Assembly: GCA_004431415.1 (NCBI GenBank)
Contig: QPMI01000406.1
Span: forward strand, 1,584-65,583
DNA length: 64,000 nucleotides
Source: Cyanophora paradoxa CCMP329
Lineage: Eukaryota; Plantae; Glaucophyta
Direction of reading: 5' to 3'
Part shown: piece after piece, positions 49,892 to 61,340 of the stretch
Layout of the letters: every line of letters begins with the position of its first letter
How positions within the stretch are numbered: the first letter of the stretch is position 1
Made by a program: the position numbers and the translations under genes
Notes under the pieces: model-generated
Seen by the model: only the letters and a program-made list of their open reading frames with translations
Databases searched by the model: none
Told to the model about the DNA's origin: nothing

Positions 49892-51385
49892 ATGAAGACC
49901 GTTTTATGTCTGAGTGGTGGAGGGTCGCGTGGAATAATCGAGGCTGCTATACTGGCACAGATTGAAGCCCAAACCGGTAAACGAATCCAACAGCTATTCG
50001 ACTGCTTTGCGGGAACATCCACAGGTGGATTAATCGCGCTCCTTTTGAATATCAAGGGAACCGATGGCGCCCCTAAATATACTGCTACTGATATTCTGGC
50101 GCTCTACAAAGCGAAACTACCGCTGATTTTCGCGAATCCACGAGTGCTTACATCGATTGTGCAACGCCCCAAGTATGAAGCAACTAACTTAGAAGCTGTG
50201 GCTCTGGAACTCTGCGGCTCAGCGACCATGGCGGATCTCTACAAACCCACCATCGTGACTGCGTTCGACACGGTTCAAATGTCCCCCGTTTTTATTTCAA
50301 GCAACGATGAAGACATTAATGGGATGCTTGTGCGCGATGCTGCAAGGGCTACCTCGGCTGCTCCGACCTATTTCGAGCCGAAACAAGTCACAGTCGCCGG
50401 AAGAACATACTGTTTAATTGATGGTTGCATGAGTGGAAATAATTCGCCCGGGGTTTGCGGCTACACATTTGCCCGCACTTTATTCGGAAACTCTTGCGAG
50501 GAGGAGCTTATCGTGGTCTCGATTACGGCGGGTCACGTCCAAGACGCCGATAAAGCAACCGCGGGATATTCGTATGACACCATGAAAAATTGGGGGATCG
50601 TGCAATGGATGCTAAGCGCCACAGGATCGCCAATTCTCAGCATGTTCTTAGAGTCGAGCGATCTAAACGCCCACGTAAAGCTACTGGAACTTTTACCCAG
50701 AAACGATGATCAGAATTACGATCGCTACTATAAGCTGAGCGTTCCTTTACCGAAAGATAAAATGACCCTCGATACAATCACAACGACGCACCTGCAATAT
50801 TTGGAAACGGAAGCGCTCGCCTTTGTTTCCGCACAGCAAACGTATTTTAATGCGATGTATTCAGTGCTGACAATGAATTTATCAGAGGGCGACGTTCCCA
50901 TAATTAATCTGTCCGGGTGCACAGATGTAAGCGCACCCCCGGAGTCCAACTGGGTGCCGCTCGATAATAGCGCTTTTATTGCGGAATTCGGGACAGCCTC
51001 CAATGCCCGCTGGTCGAATGCTACGGGGTGGGTGGGATTTACCAACCCGCCGCAAGGTAGTAGGTCGGGAGGCAATTATTTACGCATCGATTTTCCGCGT
51101 CTGTTCATGCTTTCCTCAATAAAAATGAAGCCGGCTGCGAATGGCAACTATATTAAAACGTTTGAGATCGATTACCAGCTCACTTCCGGAGTTTCTGCGC
51201 TTGTTACATACACAGAAGCCGGCGCGACGAGAGTGTTTACCAATGCAAATCAAATAGCCGGAAGTGCGGAGCCCGACGAACATTTCTTAGCGAACCCGAG
51301 ATCTGTGAGAACCCTCGTAATCTGGGTGCTCACGACGAACGTAGCTTCGGCATGCCGAATAGATTTCGAGGGCTACTACGTTTAA
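49892..51385 (+). CDS. Patatin-like phospholipase fused to a C-terminal discoidin (F5/8 type C)-like domain
   Basis: LSGGGSRG oxyanion motif, GTSTG nucleophile, ATSAAPTYF and a DGC catalytic Asp motif. The C-terminal YLRIDF...YIKTFEIDY...RIDFEG pattern is discoidin-like. Confidence 0.92.
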   Translation: MKTVLCLSGGGSRGIIEAAILAQIEAQTGKRIQQLFDCFAGTSTGGLIALLLNIKGTDGAPKYTATDILALYKAKLPLIFANPRVLTSIVQRPKYEATNLEAVALELCGSATMADLYKPTIVTAFDTVQMSPVFISSNDEDINGMLVRDAARATSAAPTYFEPKQVTVAGRTYCLIDGCMSGNNSPGVCGYTFARTLFGNSCEEELIVVSITAGHVQDADKATAGYSYDTMKNWGIVQWMLSATGSPILSMFLESSDLNAHVKLLELLPRNDDQNYDRYYKLSVPLPKDKMTLDTITTTHLQYLETEALAFVSAQQTYFNAMYSVLTMNLSEGDVPIINLSGCTDVSAPPESNWVPLDNSAFIAEFGTASNARWSNATGWVGFTNPPQGSRSGGNYLRIDFPRLFMLSSIKMKPAANGNYIKTFEIDYQLTSGVSALVTYTEAGATRVFTNANQIAGSAEPDEHFLANPRSVRTLVIWVLTTNVASACRIDFEGYYV

Positions 51386-52227
51386 TCCGTGATCACTTCG
51401 AGCTGAAACGAGTATGAGAGACCGTTTATATCCGCAACAGAGCCCCGCCATTTTCGAAGCGAAATTGTGAGACGATCTAAATGGAGTTGCGATGTGACAT
51501 TTACGAAAGGGATGCTTGCGCTCGGTTCGTGGTAAAAGGAATATCTACCAAAGTCCGAATTCATCTGAATTCGCAATAGATAGGAGTCGTCGACATTGTT
51601 CTGTCTACCTGTAACCGCTGCGAATTTGGTAAAAGGGCGGAGCTCTTCGATATCAAGGTAAATATATGGAATTGCATTAAAGTCGACCATTTTCGGGCAT
51701 ATAATCGCGTAGCGACTGGGGTAATCTCTGAGTGGAACCGGCACTGGTTCTGGTGTGCTGGTGTAAACCACTCCGGGTTCTATGCCGAGACAATCACAGA
51801 ACTCCTGGTCTGAGGACTCTAATGTAAACGGGCTATTCGGAGAAGAGAACACGAACCGGTTGGTAGACAGAGCGAGAGAATAGGAAACGGGGAAGAGACC
51901 GAGAGGATTAAAAGAACCGCCCGCAAATCCGAGTAAAGCATCACTGTTTAGAGCTCTCTCTTTTGGATATCGTTCGTTATCAGCATCGACGTAATAATAA
52001 TCGTTTACGCTGGGAATCGGTGCTATCATTTTGGATGCGGGGATTACTGTGGGCTCTTCGTTTAGAAGCGTTATAGTTATTGTCTGATCGGGCGGAACAA
52101 CATAAGAGCTATTGGGAATCTCAGCGGATAGCACACGAAATCGTCGCACATTATTAAGGCGCGTTTTCAAGTGCAGCACGCCATTTTCAAGGTCTCTACT
52201 GTCGCAATTTATTGTTATTCTTTTCAT
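51382..52227 (-). CDS. Penton/minor capsid-like protein 1 (single jelly roll)
   Basis: ITINCDSRD...NVRRFRVLSAEIPNS...YIYLDIEEL...LDRLTISLR...YSFQLEV fits the penton-like pattern of PLVs and giant viruses. Confidence 0.8.
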   Translation of the reverse strand: MKRITINCDSRDLENGVLHLKTRLNNVRRFRVLSAEIPNSSYVVPPDQTITITLLNEEPTVIPASKMIAPIPSVNDYYYVDADNERYPKERALNSDALLGFAGGSFNPLGLFPVSYSLALSTNRFVFSSPNSPFTLESSDQEFCDCLGIEPGVVYTSTPEPVPVPLRDYPSRYAIICPKMVDFNAIPYIYLDIEELRPFTKFAAVTGRQNNVDDSYLLRIQMNSDFGRYSFYHEPSASIPFVNVTSQLHLDRLTISLRKWRGSVADINGLSYSFQLEVITD

Positions 52228-52243
52228 AATCTATTATAGTAAG

Positions 52244-53170
52244 ATGAAAGAATACCTGAGCTTTTCGAGCGATGATCGCGATGAGGAGTTTACTCAGCCA
52301 AACCAGTATGTAGTGACATTACCCCGTCGCTATGACAACGTAAAATCTGTGCGCCTGGTGCAGGCAACGGTTCCCAATGTTCTTTCGACCGTGACAAACG
52401 ATATAGACGCGACTGGTGCAACCATCGAGCGCATGGAACTCTATTTTTCGGTCACAGCTTCGGATTCCGGATTCGTGACCATCACAATCCCCAAAGGATT
52501 TTACACCAAAGACGACCTTGCCGCAAAAGTCACAGAAAGACTCGAAGCAGCTCGCCTTTCAGATTTCGGTGGAAAATATATTAAATGCCGCTATAATACT
52601 ACTTCAAAGATCTATGAGTTTTTCAGTGATAGTAACTTTTGGTTCAAGTTCTCCAAAGCTTCCCCTGAAACACTCAGAAAATCCAGTAATCGCAAAGCAA
52701 TCGCTAAGAAACTCGCAATATTCGGTTTCAAAGATATTCAGCTATATGTTTACGAGACATTTACCCCTTTTGCAAGCGATACATTCCTTGTGTTTAATCC
52801 TGGGACGGGAACTGTGACACTCAATCGACGCATTCGCGGCTATACTCGTGGAGATGAGACCCCGGCGGCGATGATCTGGCTATATATTGATGAATTTGCG
52901 CCGTTTATTCGCTCAGTCAACAAGCACGTCGATGGTTATTTCATGCGCATTCCAATCCCACAGGAACTCGAACATGGTGATATCTACCACTTCGACACGT
53001 CCACTACGGTGCCTCTCATTCGTGAATTCCGCGAATTAAAATCTTTCGACCGCCTCACGATTAAACTCATCGACCATGATGGCGCTCTCTTAGATTTCGG
53101 GGTTTGGGCGCATTATTTCACTTTTGAAATCGAAACCTACGACGCACCGCCCGAAATGAATTTCTATTGA
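52244..53170 (+). CDS. Penton/minor capsid-like protein 2
   Basis: LSFSSDDRD...PNQYVVTLP...NVKSVRLVQATVPN...IWLYIDE...FDRLTIKLIDHDG..LDFG...FTFEIET. The true ATG is at 52244, directly upstream of the MCP. Confidence 0.82.
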   Translation: MKEYLSFSSDDRDEEFTQPNQYVVTLPRRYDNVKSVRLVQATVPNVLSTVTNDIDATGATIERMELYFSVTASDSGFVTITIPKGFYTKDDLAAKVTERLEAARLSDFGGKYIKCRYNTTSKIYEFFSDSNFWFKFSKASPETLRKSSNRKAIAKKLAIFGFKDIQLYVYETFTPFASDTFLVFNPGTGTVTLNRRIRGYTRGDETPAAMIWLYIDEFAPFIRSVNKHVDGYFMRIPIPQELEHGDIYHFDTSTTVPLIREFRELKSFDRLTIKLIDHDGALLDFGVWAHYFTFEIETYDAPPEMNFY

Positions 53171-53217
53171 GCCCTGTAAATTATTTTCTGATCCCAAAGA
53201 TAAGAGAAGAAACGCTC

Positions 53218-54528
53218 ATGGAGACTAACAGCCAATTCCAGCGCCCAACGCTGAAATCTATGCTCACCACGATGACTACAAGGATTATTTCCTAAACAAG
53301 TCGCTGGTCATTGGAACGTCCTCTGGCACTAAGCCACTTCGAGTTCTGGTCGCCCCCGACACTGAGCCACCCAGCGCTCTCGGCAACCGAGTTGTCTTCA
53401 AAATCCCCCGCTACCATTTCCTGAATGGTCTCGCGCTGCAACTCGATCTTAACCCGATCACCCTCACTGATCTCACGAATGGTGTCGCTGGAACTACTGG
53501 CTACCTTCGCGTTATTGGATCGCTAATTAAGCGCATTGAAATCTCTCACGCTTCATTCCGCTATGTTGTCCCAGAGGATTTCGTCACCCAGTATTTTCTA
53601 CTGATGACCGAACAGGGCGAACTCGATAAGAAACTTCGCTATGTGGGTGGTCTTGTCGGAACCGCTGGTAACACTGTCGGTGGAACCTACGAAATCGATT
53701 TACCCTCTCCTTTCGAGAAGGCGATGTTCCCACTTTGCGCTCTGAACTCTGAGATCGTGGTCGAAATCGAATTCAAGGCGATTGGTGATGGTATCATTGA
53801 GGATGTAAACAATGTTGGCAATATTTCGGTCGTAAACAGTGGTGCTTCCCTTCAAGTGCTGAAACCCCGCATTATCTGCAAGGTCGTAAATGCCGATGAG
53901 GCGGTTGTATCTGAGACCATTGCCCGTGTTAAATCGACTGGTATCGCGATCCCCTACAACGAAATCGGTTTCCTCCACACAGATTTCCAGCCGACCGCCT
54001 CCGGTTCGCGAGTCAATCTCTCGCAACTCACAGGTGCGGGTCTCATCCACACTCTCGTATTCTCTGTGCGCCAAAACGCGAAGACGAAGGTTAACAACGG
54101 AACTCTCTCGGTTCTGGCTCCTCGTGCACTCAGAACCAACGCCGTAAGCTTCTATGTGGAACTCAACAATAACCGCCTTTACTCCAATACTTCGCTTCCT
54201 CTCATGATTGCCGCGACCGAACTTCAAGATAAATATGATGCGGCGATTTTACCGAGAGCACAAGCTACCCGGCTCTCTCTGGCATTTACTTCGGTGCTGG
54301 AAACGGAAAGGCGTCGCTTCTCAACCAAGAGAACACGGGCTACATCGATGCCACAGGCACATCGGCGTTCGATCTGGTCTTCGAATTCAACGGTGTCACA
54401 GCCGGAGGAGTCGGTAATGAGGAGTGGTATGCGAGTGCCGCTTATCAGAAGATGCAAATTCAGTGCATTGCCCTCGCTCATAATATCATGATAATCGAGC
54501 TGATGGATTCGCAGAGTATCAGCATAGG
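53218..54528 (+). CDS. Double jelly-roll major capsid protein (frameshifted near ~53245, ~54240 and the 3' end)
   Basis: The joined frames give VVFKIPRYHFLNGLALQLDL...GSLIKRIEIS...IDLPSPF...FPLCALNSEIVVEIEF...TGYIDA...CIALAHNIMII (~430 aa). The gene lies between a penton-like gene and the ATPase. Confidence 0.85.
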
Positions 54529-54580
54529 ATTCTCATTACCACATTCAGTCTTATTTTTCTATTGTTTTTATAGTGAAAGA

Positions 54581-55426
54581 ATGCAAAAAGGGACGACGCC
54601 CATAGATCTCGAAGAATGGAACCCGAAACAGAGGGTGAAACTTCCCGCACGATTTCTCCTATTGGCGAAAACCAATTGTGGTAAATCGGTATTCTTAAAG
54701 TGGCTGATCAAAGAACTCGAAGACCAGATCTCGTATGTTCTGGTTTTTTGTCCTACGAGTTTCAACGGTTTCTGGGGACAAATTACAGATGAAGTGCATG
54801 ATACCTGGAAACCGGAATACGTAGAGTCGATCATAGAAGCCCGCAAAAAGGCTATCATTGCGGGTAAGAAACCAAAGAATATTCTTATCGTGCTCGACGA
54901 TTGTTTGGAGTCCGGAACTATCGATCTTTCGCGCGATCATTTGCTAAATAAATTGATGGCGCAAGGTCGTCATACGTTTTGTAGCGTCGCTTTAATATCG
55001 CAGAAATTAACAAAGCTGTCAACTATCATTCGCAGTAATGCGGAGTATATCATATTCCTCAGCTGGTCAAACATGCGAGAGTTCGAAGCATATCACGAGG
55101 AATTCGGCAACATGGATAAGGAGAGTTTCAAACGTATGTTCCAAGAGTTTTGTCATAGCTACCAAGCGATCATTCACGATAATACCGGGTATTCTGTGCG
55201 ATGGTGGGTCGAAAAAGCCGATATGATCGATGACCATCCGTTTACTAAATTCCACAAGCGGGCGGCTTTTGAAGAAAAGAAGCGCAAACAACAAGAGGAG
55301 CAAGCGACAAAACCGCCGCCTGTCAAAGATTCGACAACTGTCTGTCGAACTTTATCCAAATTTGAGCGTGAGCTTGAAGGTATCCCAAACTTTCGCAAAT
55401 TTCGCCTAAGAAAAAGAAAATGTTAA
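54581..55426 (+). CDS. A32-like FtsK/HerA DNA packaging ATPase
   Basis: Walker A AKTNCGKS, Walker B ILIVLDDC, QGRH arginine motif and ISQ...IRSN. The likely start is the ATG at 54581. Confidence 0.95.
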   Translation: MQKGTTPIDLEEWNPKQRVKLPARFLLLAKTNCGKSVFLKWLIKELEDQISYVLVFCPTSFNGFWGQITDEVHDTWKPEYVESIIEARKKAIIAGKKPKNILIVLDDCLESGTIDLSRDHLLNKLMAQGRHTFCSVALISQKLTKLSTIIRSNAEYIIFLSWSNMREFEAYHEEFGNMDKESFKRMFQEFCHSYQAIIHDNTGYSVRWWVEKADMIDDHPFTKFHKRAAFEEKKRKQQEEQATKPPPVKDSTTVCRTLSKFERELEGIPNFRKFRLRKRKC

Positions 55427-55448
55427 TCAAATGTAAGAGAAGATAATC

Positions 55449-56129
55449 ATGGTCTACCGAAAGAAGCCTCAAACCATTCAAACTGTCGCTTCTGGTAATC
55501 CTAATCGCGGACTTGAAGAGTCTGGATTAACGTCGGGTGGCGGTCTCGAAATGCCCGAATATCTTATAGACACTTCGCCAGAGAGGTCGCCAAGCAAGAG
55601 GCGATTATTGCGAGTGCCACCGCGGACAAGGGAAACCAAGATAGCGGTAAACGCCAAATGGACGATTTAGCTACTGTAAAACCACAGATTGGAGGCGGCT
55701 CTGTTGATGAAGCAACGACAAAGTAATTAAAGCGCAAGTTGTCGCAAGCCAGCACAAAACGCAAGACGTCCCGAAAGCCGCCGAAACTGAGCTCAAAAGC
55801 GCGGATCCTATCAAAAACACACGGTTCCTGTCGACGTTGTCATGAGCTTCGAAGAGAAAGTGCGAGACCTTGAAATGAAAGTCTCTAACTACGAGAAATG
55901 GATGCAAGATTATAACGAACGCAAGAAATTAAAGGGGCTCGTGAAGAAAGAGATCTCCAAACTCGGATTAAAGCAAAAAGTCGACGTAGAGGAGATTAAA
56001 AAGGAGGAAAAGACAGATGCGCAAGCCGTAACTCGACAGCAATCGGTTGCCCCGCAATATGCACATATTGTGCCGACCGCACCCGTGAATTATGCCGCAA
56101 TGCTCGGTGGTAAACGCCATATCCGCTAA
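55449..56129 (+). CDS. Small hypothetical viral protein(s): frameshifted 55449-55840 and coiled-coil 55842-56129
   Basis: ATG after an AT-rich leader and Lys/Glu-rich ORFs. I recognised no domain. Confidence 0.5.
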
Positions 56130-56333
56130 TGACTGTGAATATCCGCAAGGCAAAGCTGAACCCGCCCGTATTTAGAGCGGGTCTTTATGTGGACTCCCTT
56201 GCAATAGGGACAGGTCGGCTCCATAAACAGCATTATAAGTTCGACCAATTCGTAGGGGAACACACGAGCAAGTAAAGCCCTCATTCCCTTTTATTTTCTC
56301 CGATATTTAATACGTTGCGTCCTTGTAGGATCG

Positions 56334-56768
56334 ATGAATTTCATCACACAATGCATTGAAATGTTTCAGCTTCATGTCGTGTCTAATTGCCACAGTCCTT
56401 GCTGTGACACAACCGTAGAGGTTAATATTTCTGACGACGAGAATGGAGGTAGGCGCCTTTCTGTATATTCTAACCACAGCGACAATCACAACCACCCACG
56501 ATCTCGATCGCCCTCGCCTGTGCCCGCGGCTATGAGTTCTAATATCGAAACCGCTCAGATAGAGGACGTGCATGTAGAGCATATTAGAAGGCGCTCATGT
56601 CCTGAATTTGTAGAAGGTCATTTGCGCGCTGACTCCCCTTATCCGATGTATAGATTGGATCAAATGCCATTAGGCGACGATGAAAATGTAACGAACCCTT
56701 ATGTTTATCCTCAGCAACCTTATGTATATCCTCAGCAACAAGAAAGAACCGTCTGGAACGGTTATTGA
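56334..56768 (+). CDS. Hypothetical viral protein (144 aa) with RSRSPSP and PYVYPQQ repeats
   Basis: Intact ORF preceded by the shared TTATTTTCTCCG motif. Confidence 0.6.
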   Translation: MNFITQCIEMFQLHVVSNCHSPCCDTTVEVNISDDENGGRRLSVYSNHSDNHNHPRSRSPSPVPAAMSSNIETAQIEDVHVEHIRRRSCPEFVEGHLRADSPYPMYRLDQMPLGDDENVTNPYVYPQQPYVYPQQQERTVWNGY

Positions 56769-56870
56769 GCGGTGAATTTCGGTGGCGCTTGTATCGAGCC
56801 AAGGGCAAAAATGAAGGTTTCGGTAAAAGGTATATAAGGGCAAGGGAAATAATACAGAGTGACAAAAAAC

Positions 56871-56887
56871 TATTTTCTCCGGTTATA
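56871..56887 (+). promoter_or_regulatory. Shared viral upstream motif TATTTTCTCCGGTTATA
   Basis: The same core occurs at 56291, 57431 and 62719, with a variant at 53178, each shortly before an ATG. Confidence 0.7.
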
Positions 56888-56891
56888 GTAA

Positions 56892-57383
56892 ATGGCGAAA
56901 CCCAAGATTTCAAACCAAGAGGCAATGGCGGCACAGCAAGAAAAGCGCAGACCAGGGCGACCGAAGAAGGTGATCACAGAAGAGGAGAAAGCGGAGAGAT
57001 TAAGACTAAAACGCGAGAAAGATGCAGAGCGGCAGCGAAACAAGCATCAGAGACAAAAGCAAGAGCGATTAGCCGCCGGAGAGGCTACTATATTCACACC
57101 GGAACAGCTACAAAAGATCGCAATTCGTAAACAGCAGCGATACCAAGACGATGAAGAGTATCGGGAGAAAATCCGAGAGAAGGCACGTGAATACCAACGA
57201 AGGAAAAGAGCGGAACGCAAGCTGAATCCGCCCGCTAACCTCAGCCGCAAAAGCCCGCTGGAAGACCCCGAAAGCATGTCGTCGAGAACGCAAAAAATTC
57301 GTAGCGGAAAGTACCACACGATGCAAAAAATGATTAATTTTTTACCTCCATTTTATTCCCCGTATCGGTCAAAAAGCACTTAA
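56892..57383 (+). CDS. Basic coiled-coil protein with an AT-hook-like RRPGRPKK motif (putative DNA-binding)
   Basis: The ORF directly follows the shared upstream motif and has a GRP core and long K/R/E helices. The 3' end is possibly frameshifted. Confidence 0.7.
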   Translation: MAKPKISNQEAMAAQQEKRRPGRPKKVITEEEKAERLRLKREKDAERQRNKHQRQKQERLAAGEATIFTPEQLQKIAIRKQQRYQDDEEYREKIREKAREYQRRKRAERKLNPPANLSRKSPLEDPESMSSRTQKIRSGKYHTMQKMINFLPPFYSPYRSKST

Positions 57384-57430
57384 AGATTTGGCGACAAGGG
57401 TATGAAAAGGAGAATTTGGTAGATTGCGCC

Positions 57431-57452
57431 GAAATTATTTTCTCCGGTTATT
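57431..57452 (+). promoter_or_regulatory. Shared viral upstream motif GAAATTATTTTCTCCGGTTATT before the PolB gene
   Basis: An 18-nt exact match to the copy at ~62719; the ATG is at 57470. Confidence 0.75.
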
Positions 57453-57469
57453 TAAAAGAACTAATAGAG

Positions 57470-60400
57470 ATGCCGCGCGCAACCAACAGAATCGCTAACA
57501 ATGTTCGGGATGAAATTATCGGATACATTATGCAGGGATTGAGTCAGGATTTGCTAACCGAAGAACAGGCGCATTGGGCGATGCACAACACAATGAATCG
57601 GAAGCCCAAGCTCCAAACGCTGATCGACATTCGGATACTCTGAATGGCATCATTAATCCCGCGTTTTCCGCAGGGCAGAGCGGAAAGAAAGCGGCCGCTC
57701 GCACCCAAGTTAAATAGAAAAGCAAAAGCAAAAAGAACAAGAGGCGAAGCGTTTACAGCGCTTCGATCGGCAAACGAAACAGAAAACGGCGCGAAAAGAA
57801 GCGAAAACTCGAAGCGAAGCAGCAGAGAGGTAAACTAAAAGCGGTAGAGGATGCGATTAAACGCACTTTTCTCCGTCATCTTCGAACCTAATGTTCATGA
57901 GTCGTATGATGGGGACGAAATTCACGAGATGGAATCGAGGCGATGATCGATGGGCGACGAAGCGTGTCGAAGATGACGGAGCCGGTGCTATCCTGGCAAT
58001 CGCTATGCGTTTCTGGATGAGGAGCTAATGGACAGCATGCGATGCACCGCGATTATGAGCAAATTCACAGACTACACATTAAATCCAAACGCGTCTGAGT
58101 TCGAAGATATTATTGAGCTTCCCAAATCATCGACATCTAACGCTTGCGGCTACGATATGATCATCTCCACATGGGAGCGTCCATTAAGAAGTGTCAGGAG
58201 GCGCCAAAACCGCGATATACTGACTTAACTATGTCCTACGACGGTCTCTATAAATTCTTTCACGGTCGCGAACGCACACCTGGCGACTCTCTGGCTCTCA
58301 CGCTCCGCCATATCGAGAAATTCTGTAAGAGAATCAGACAGGCTTCCGCGTCTTTGATGTCGACGGAAAGTTAATACACAAATTCGCGGCGGAATCAATT
58401 AACAAAAACATCTTTCCCGCAATATTCACTTTATGATTCACAACAAGCACATCTATATATTCAACGATAACATCAAGTCGCTCGAAATGCGCATGGCAAA
58501 GATGGAGGTCGAAGAGCTCGATAATCATGTTCCTAAGTCGACTCTTCGTTAGCACTCTATAAATTCCGACGTGTCTTACTCACGATATCTTCGCGCACAC
58601 ATCCAAGGATTTGTTAAAGATCACGCAACTAAACTATCGCCCGACGAGCGCAGTTTCATCCGCATTCTTTATACTGGCGCGAAGGTCTGGAAGGTCTTCT
58701 ATTTACGTTCCTGAAAATGCGATATGAGCCCGCTGTGAAGCTAACACCATCGAAACAGATCGACAGCATCACATTCAAAGCCAATGGCTCGATGTTCTCT
58801 ATCAAAGATCCACGCACAACAGACCACTTTATTGAGCAAGATTTCGAACAGAGGAGTATTATAATAAGGTCTGTGAAATCGGAAGGGATTCCGGAGTCGC
58901 TTCTAAATGCGACGAATATCTCACATTACAGCCGAACATGCGCGAAATTCTCACGCACTACAAGCGATCCGCACTAAGTGGCTTTTCTATAGCCGAACCC
59001 GAAAGCCACCTACACAGCTGTCGATATGGCGAAGTGCTACCTTCGATACTGAAAGGCATGCAATATCTTCCGAAATACAATGTTTGATGACTTCGTTCCC
59101 TTTAAAGCGGGAAGCGATATTCTCGAATACGCGATCTACTACGTGCGTGTCGTTGCGTTTGAGAGAGAGCAAGCACTTTCGCGACGACGAGGATATTGAT
59201 TATGATGCCGCCATGTCTCGCAAGATTGATGGAATCGAAATTATACTGGATCGCGCATTTTCGTGAGTGGTCGCTGTTATAATTTCATGACAGGCTACAC
59301 TCTCTCCATGCATTGGGCGGACGTAAAGGACAAGATAGAGATTTCGCGGTCGCGGAGCCTTCGCATTTGGTGCCCAATACGTCGATCGCTGAGATGCAAA
59401 AGTGCTGTCAAGCGACATTCAAACCACAGATAAGAAGCACATTTTAGTGAAAGAGATCGGAATGCTCGGCAAATTCCAAGACTCGCAAACATCCACGAAA
59501 ATGTTCTACAACCGTGCCGAGGCTGAGAGGTTCGCCAAGAATGCGGAGGAACAGTAGAGGTGTTTACTTTCAATCCTAAGAATTCGAAACGTGTCAAACT
59601 CTTAGCGAATTCGAAGGTCACATCTATTTCGTTAAGATCAGCTCCCACCGCGAGCTCGTTAACGGATTCCTTCCTATCCACTTTCATATTTACGTCGTAC
59701 CGTGCTAATATGTTTGCGCAATACAAGCGCCTGACAGCGCGCGGCACAAGGTTGCCGGGATCAGAACGGACTGTCTATATATCGAAGTTCATGGACAAGT
59801 AAGAAAGAGTTCGACCGAAATGCGTTTGAGAACATGGGCAAATTCAGCTATATTCCGGGAAAAGATGCCCTGAGAATGCACTCCGCCACCACGGGTGTAA
59901 CTCTCGAATTTCAGGATCCCGAGACACTCATTAACCGGTTCTCGCTGAGGGACGAATTTAATCCGGAGTGCTTTAATTGGGTTGCGGAGCTCATAATCGT
60001 ATGCTTGTCCTTGCTGACATGCCCGGAAGTGGAAAGTCGACCTCGGTATTAATGTTTGCCTCTCAAAAGTCAAATTGCTTAGTATTTGCCCTATAACAAC
60101 AGTGCGCAGAGCTGAGGGACTCTCTCAAAGTCCGCGGAATCGAGAATATTACCGTTCGTACTTTGTATAATGTTCTCGGATCCGTGTCTCAAATGATCGA
60201 CCTACGAAGAGGCTATGAGCGAAAAAGACCAGAGGGCGTTGTCTCGAGTTCAGCCACATTATGTTCGACGAGATATTGCGTATTCTGTAAAGATCTCGCT
60301 AAGATCAAGTCGTTTATCGATCGCTATCCGGATATCAAATATTTGGCTAATGGCGATACCTATCAGAACGAACCGATTAATGATGAGCTATCGTTTCTGA

Positions 60401-61340
60401 TCGCAAGGGCTACTATAAGCGCGCTGTGCAGAGCATGTTCCCTAACGTCCTGAGTCTACGCATTAACAGCGGCACAAGAAGGAGACAGACGTGAATTAAT
60501 TCGGGCGATTAAAGAGGATCTCTTCGAGAACGGACTGAAGCCGCACAGATTATCTCGAAATACGGTTGCCGACAATTAATGATCTAACGCTATTCCCGAC
60601 GGCTACTTTGGCATCGCTTACAGAAACGAAATGACCTTAGCCTACAACAAACTGATGCACGATAGACGCAAAGTAAATATCCAACCGTAGAGGTCAATGG
60701 ATCAAATTCTACAAGGGTTTGGAAGTCGTTTGCGCAGGTATCTACGCATTTCGCGGTCTGAGGGAGTCTATAACGCATACACGAATTACACCTATCGAAT
60801 CACCAAATCACCAAGCAAATGGTCACATTAACTGACGTTTTCGATGGCGTCACGTTCGAGGTTCCGTGCGCGATGTTAGAACATTTTTCTCTCCCTTATG
60901 CAGGAACAGGTCATTCACGCAAGGTCTCACACTTGATTCGGGCATTGTCATTTGTGAGGCACGTTCCGCTATAACCACTCGCGAATGGTTCTATACGCTC
61001 TCACTCGTAACCGCGATCTGTCCACTGTGCTGATTTATACACGATTCACAAGTTCCAAGGAAAGAGCGACTACATCGAATATCTGAAAACGAAGATCCGC
61101 GGATATAAATGCCAGGATCAGCGTGCCGGGCGCGATTTCACGAGCGGATTATATTACGCCGGAGTGGATATTAGAGCGCAAGAAGCAACAGAAGGGCGCC
61201 TGTGCGATCTGTTCCTTCCGATTCGATTGAGCCGCAAGATCCGAATTATAGGCTCGTCGTGGATCGCATCAAATAAGCGCCCACATCTTAAAGACAATTG
61301 TCAACTCGCGCATCACGGGTGCAATTGCAGCAAAAAATAA
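57470..61340 (+). pseudogene. Family B DNA polymerase + SF1 (PIF1/RecD-like) helicase + HNH-like domain, probably one fused gene, heavily frameshifted
   Basis: PolB motif A AVDMAKCY (59017-59040), motif B-like KKHILVKEIGMLGK (~59432) and motif C IRTDCLY (~59760). Helicase ADMPGSGKST (~60013), HIMFDEI (~60255), GDTYQ (~60352), PYAGTGHS.QGLT (~60895) and WFYT.LTR (~60986). C-terminal CAIC...VDRI..K.PHLKDNCQL.H.GCN ends at stop 61340. Confidence 0.85.

Noticed and set aside
52112-52243. N-terminal extension of the penton-2 ORF
   Set aside because: It is antisense to the penton-1 coding sequence. The penton motif begins right after the ATG at 52244.
54452-54580. N-terminal extension of the ATPase ORF (MQIQCIALAHN...)
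   Set aside because: It is the frameshifted MCP C-terminus plus intergenic DNA. The ATPase more plausibly starts at 54581.
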